In this document: positions 26,229 to 28,337 of the stretch, piece after piece | Layout: each line of letters starts with the position of its first letter | How positions within the stretch are numbered: position 1 is the stretch's first letter | Virus record (IMG/VR): IMGVR_UViG_3300025375_000016 | Coordinates: 1 to 28,337 of that record | Direction: 5' to 3' (one strand) | Length of the DNA stretch: 28,337 nt | Origin: a virus | Taxonomy: Duplodnaviria > Caudoviricetes | The notes under the pieces: generated by a model | Databases searched by the model: none | Told to the model about the DNA's origin: nothing | The model's input: only the letters and a program-made list of their open reading frames with translations | Translations under genes and position numbers: made by a program

Positions 26229-26541
26229 AGTACCATTAGAAATACTACCAGACATAATAGATGTCTATAATTATGCGAAGCTTAAAATAGCTCAACTTCT
26301 TACGTCTGAACATAGAGAAATTAATCTCTGTAAAATTAAAGACTCTTTAGATCTTACATCTATAACACTACCTTACTATAATAGTATCAGCTATAATAAA
26401 GAAGGTTTTTGTACAACAAAAGAACTGTTTATTAATAATATAAGTTTTCCAATACCACCAAATACAAAAATTACAAGTGGTATCATACGAACAGTAATTA
26501 CAAACTTTCTCAATTATGTCGATGGCAAACCAAAGTTCTAA
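26212..26541 (+). CDS. Hypothetical protein
   Basis: ORF track 26191-26541; ATG 26212 or 26218 is the more likely start. Confidence 0.6.
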   Translation: MSMFTKVPLEILPDIIDVYNYAKLKIAQLLTSEHREINLCKIKDSLDLTSITLPYYNSISYNKEGFCTTKELFINNISFPIPPNTKITSGIIRTVITNFLNYVDGKPKF

Positions 26542-26758
26542 ACAATCGAATATCTCAGTAACATTCAAAGGTGATGATCTACTACTATCTAGATTTTTAC
26601 TGAGATATATAGATAAAGCACGTAAGATACCTGGGTATGAATCTCAAGTATCTTATCTTGAAGAAGTGCTTGAACAGATTAAGAAGGAAACAGCAAATGG
26701 AATTATTCCAAGAATACCAAGACCAGATGAAGAAATTATGGACCTACCAAGATATTGA
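26516..26758 (+). CDS. Hypothetical protein
   Basis: 80-aa ORF in overlapping chain. Confidence 0.6.
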   Translation: MSMANQSSKQSNISVTFKGDDLLLSRFLLRYIDKARKIPGYESQVSYLEEVLEQIKKETANGIIPRIPRPDEEIMDLPRY

Positions 26759-26912
26759 TAGTAAAAGTATTACAAAAGCACCTGTTATAGGACATGGCAT
26801 GATACATAACGAGTGTATTATAGGTTTTAAAGAATTAGAAAAGAGAATGTTTTCTCTACAGTTTTATTGGTTAATGAAAAATTATTTTATAGAATGGATT
26901 ACCCAACAATAA
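26727..26912 (+). CDS. Hypothetical protein (3' part of ORF 26637-26912)
   Basis: In-frame ATG 26727 (MKKLWTYQ...) fills the gap between neighbours. Confidence 0.5.
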   Translation: MKKLWTYQDIDSKSITKAPVIGHGMIHNECIIGFKELEKRMFSLQFYWLMKNYFIEWITQQ

Positions 26913-27178
26913 CAGAAACAGACTTATCTTTGTTCAATGCTAAAGTGCTATCGTTAGACATGGAGTTTTCAGAGATAAAATGCAACGTCATAGGTATGAT
27001 AGCACTTAATCAGTCAAGACATAAACAAAATTTGAGTGACGCTTATACGGATGAACATTTCTTTGAAGAAGCTGAAAAACTACGTCACTCAAGAGAGCTC
27101 TTAGATCATGTAATACAAAGATTTATTGATACAGATGTTAAACAGGCTTTGCACGATGTATCGCAGGATGATGTCTGA
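26894..27178 (+). CDS. Hypothetical protein, last gene of the + strand block
   Basis: ORF track 26867-27178; ATG 26894 likely. Confidence 0.6.
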   Translation: MDYPTITETDLSLFNAKVLSLDMEFSEIKCNVIGMIALNQSRHKQNLSDAYTDEHFFEEAEKLRHSRELLDHVIQRFIDTDVKQALHDVSQDDV

Positions 27179-28337
27179 CAGCATCTTTTCTAGCCTGTTT
27201 TTCATCTACACCATCATCCACTGCTTCTCGTTCTTCTACAGCTCTCTGCATTTTTATATCATGATCTTCACGAGCTGTTCCAAACGTCTGATTAAATAAC
27301 GTAAAAGCCGTAGGAAACTCCGTTCTCATCTCTGATTGGAACGGGTTTCTTATAGGCGAAGGTAAGAATGATTTTTTAATAGTAGTAGCTAGCCTAGACT
27401 TACCTTTATCATCACCAGATATAAGAATGTCTTCACCTTGAAAGAACTGTTCTGCTGCCATAGCAGTCTTACCAACATCTACACCAAACTTAAGAATGGC
27501 AGGTTTACCTACAGTAGAATTAAACAACTCAGGCATATTAGCATACATATTAGACTGTTGTGCAAGACTCATCAATTTGTTTACAATCAAGTTATGTATT
27601 TGTCTTCTAGCACTATCTTTCTTATCATCATCACGATATAATATACCTTTGGCTAACATAGCCATAGCAACAAACGATAATGTTATTGTTAACTCTGTTA
27701 AGTTAGCTTGCATATTTCTGGCATCTATCGCAGAAAAGCCTCTATCAGTGAGCTGTTTCTGCATACCATCAAAGTCTACGATCTGTCTACCTGCAATTTT
27801 ATTGATAGGAATACCCGCCATTTTTTTAGCCATGATAGTCAGATAGAGACTTGTCTCCTGAAGATGCTGTGTTATAGAGTTATTAACATTGTTGATACCT
27901 GCAAATGAATGTTTAGACTTATTAATACCTCCTAAACCTACACCTAAACCATAACCTGCTATAGCTCCCCAAGGTCCTGCAATCATACCTCCTATGACAG
28001 CACCATGCATACCAGCAGAAGCCTTAGTCATACTTCTATATCTACCTTTATATGCTTCAGTACCCAATTCGATATCGTCTTGTTCTGTAGCAAATCTAGT
28101 ATATACAGCTCTAGGTAGCCAAGTCTTAAACATAAGAAAACCTTTACCTATTATATGTTCTTTTGCTACATTACCTCTACGTGGAGCATAATCTCCATGT
28201 ACTAGAACAATAGCCTTTGATACACTAGCTTTAAATTTACTATAAGCATCACCATCCATATTCTCCCAGTTATCAACATTTTCCTGTGATCTAAAACCTT
28301 CTTTCAGCATACCGTTAGCATCCATAGCATCCCACAC
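27138..28337 (-). CDS. C-terminal part of a large virion/ejection-type protein (5'-truncated by the window edge)
   Basis: Open to the window end; HGDY...G...L.FKTWLP....RF.......G....GRY and a Gly-zipper hydrophobic segment resemble C-termini of giant crAss-like virion proteins (inference). Confidence 0.65.
   Translation of the reverse strand: MWDAMDANGMLKEGFRSQENVDNWENMDGDAYSKFKASVSKAIVLVHGDYAPRRGNVAKEHIIGKGFLMFKTWLPRAVYTRFATEQDDIELGTEAYKGRYRSMTKASAGMHGAVIGGMIAGPWGAIAGYGLGVGLGGINKSKHSFAGINNVNNSITQHLQETSLYLTIMAKKMAGIPINKIAGRQIVDFDGMQKQLTDRGFSAIDARNMQANLTELTITLSFVAMAMLAKGILYRDDDKKDSARRQIHNLIVNKLMSLAQQSNMYANMPELFNSTVGKPAILKFGVDVGKTAMAAEQFFQGEDILISGDDKGKSRLATTIKKSFLPSPIRNPFQSEMRTEFPTAFTLFNQTFGTAREDHDIKMQRAVEEREAVDDGVDEKQARKDAVRHHPAIHRAKPV

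Noticed and set aside
1250-26568. Short minus-strand ORFs in the track (e.g. 1250-1462, 13074-13391, 23569-23937)
   Set aside because: Antisense shadows of well-supported + strand genes, with no motifs
27438-28191. Plus-strand ORFs 27438-27641, 27496-27846, 27708-27908 and 27994-28191
   Set aside because: Shadows of the long minus-strand gene

Overview
AT-rich, densely packed tailed-phage DNA. Gene content and order match a crAss-like (Crassvirales-type) replication module; this assignment is by motif recognition, not by database search. The + strand carries small early genes, an RlpA-type lytic transglycosylase, Dda/RecD-like helicase, family B DNA polymerase, SF2 helicase, DnaB-type helicase, AAA ATPase, SSB-like protein, primase, UDG, two PD-(D/E)XK nucleases, dNMP kinase, ThyX, class II ribonucleotide reductase and MazG. 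It converges on the 3' end of a large minus-strand virion-type gene. Two highlights. (1) A four-gene cluster at 14928-18905 reads as a phage-encoded ubiquitin-like conjugation pathway: a candidate Ubl precursor with Gly75-Gly76, an E2-like protein (HSH...C170), a JAB/JAMM protease and a ThiF/E1 enzyme. In this sequence the E1 has an in-frame TAA four codons before its putative catalytic Cys. (2) A 260-nt ORF-less group I intron (9902-10161), missed by the ORF track, splits the Walker A motif of the DnaB gene. Several unannotated translationally coupled mini-ORFs, terminators and a structured intergenic RNA candidate are also present.
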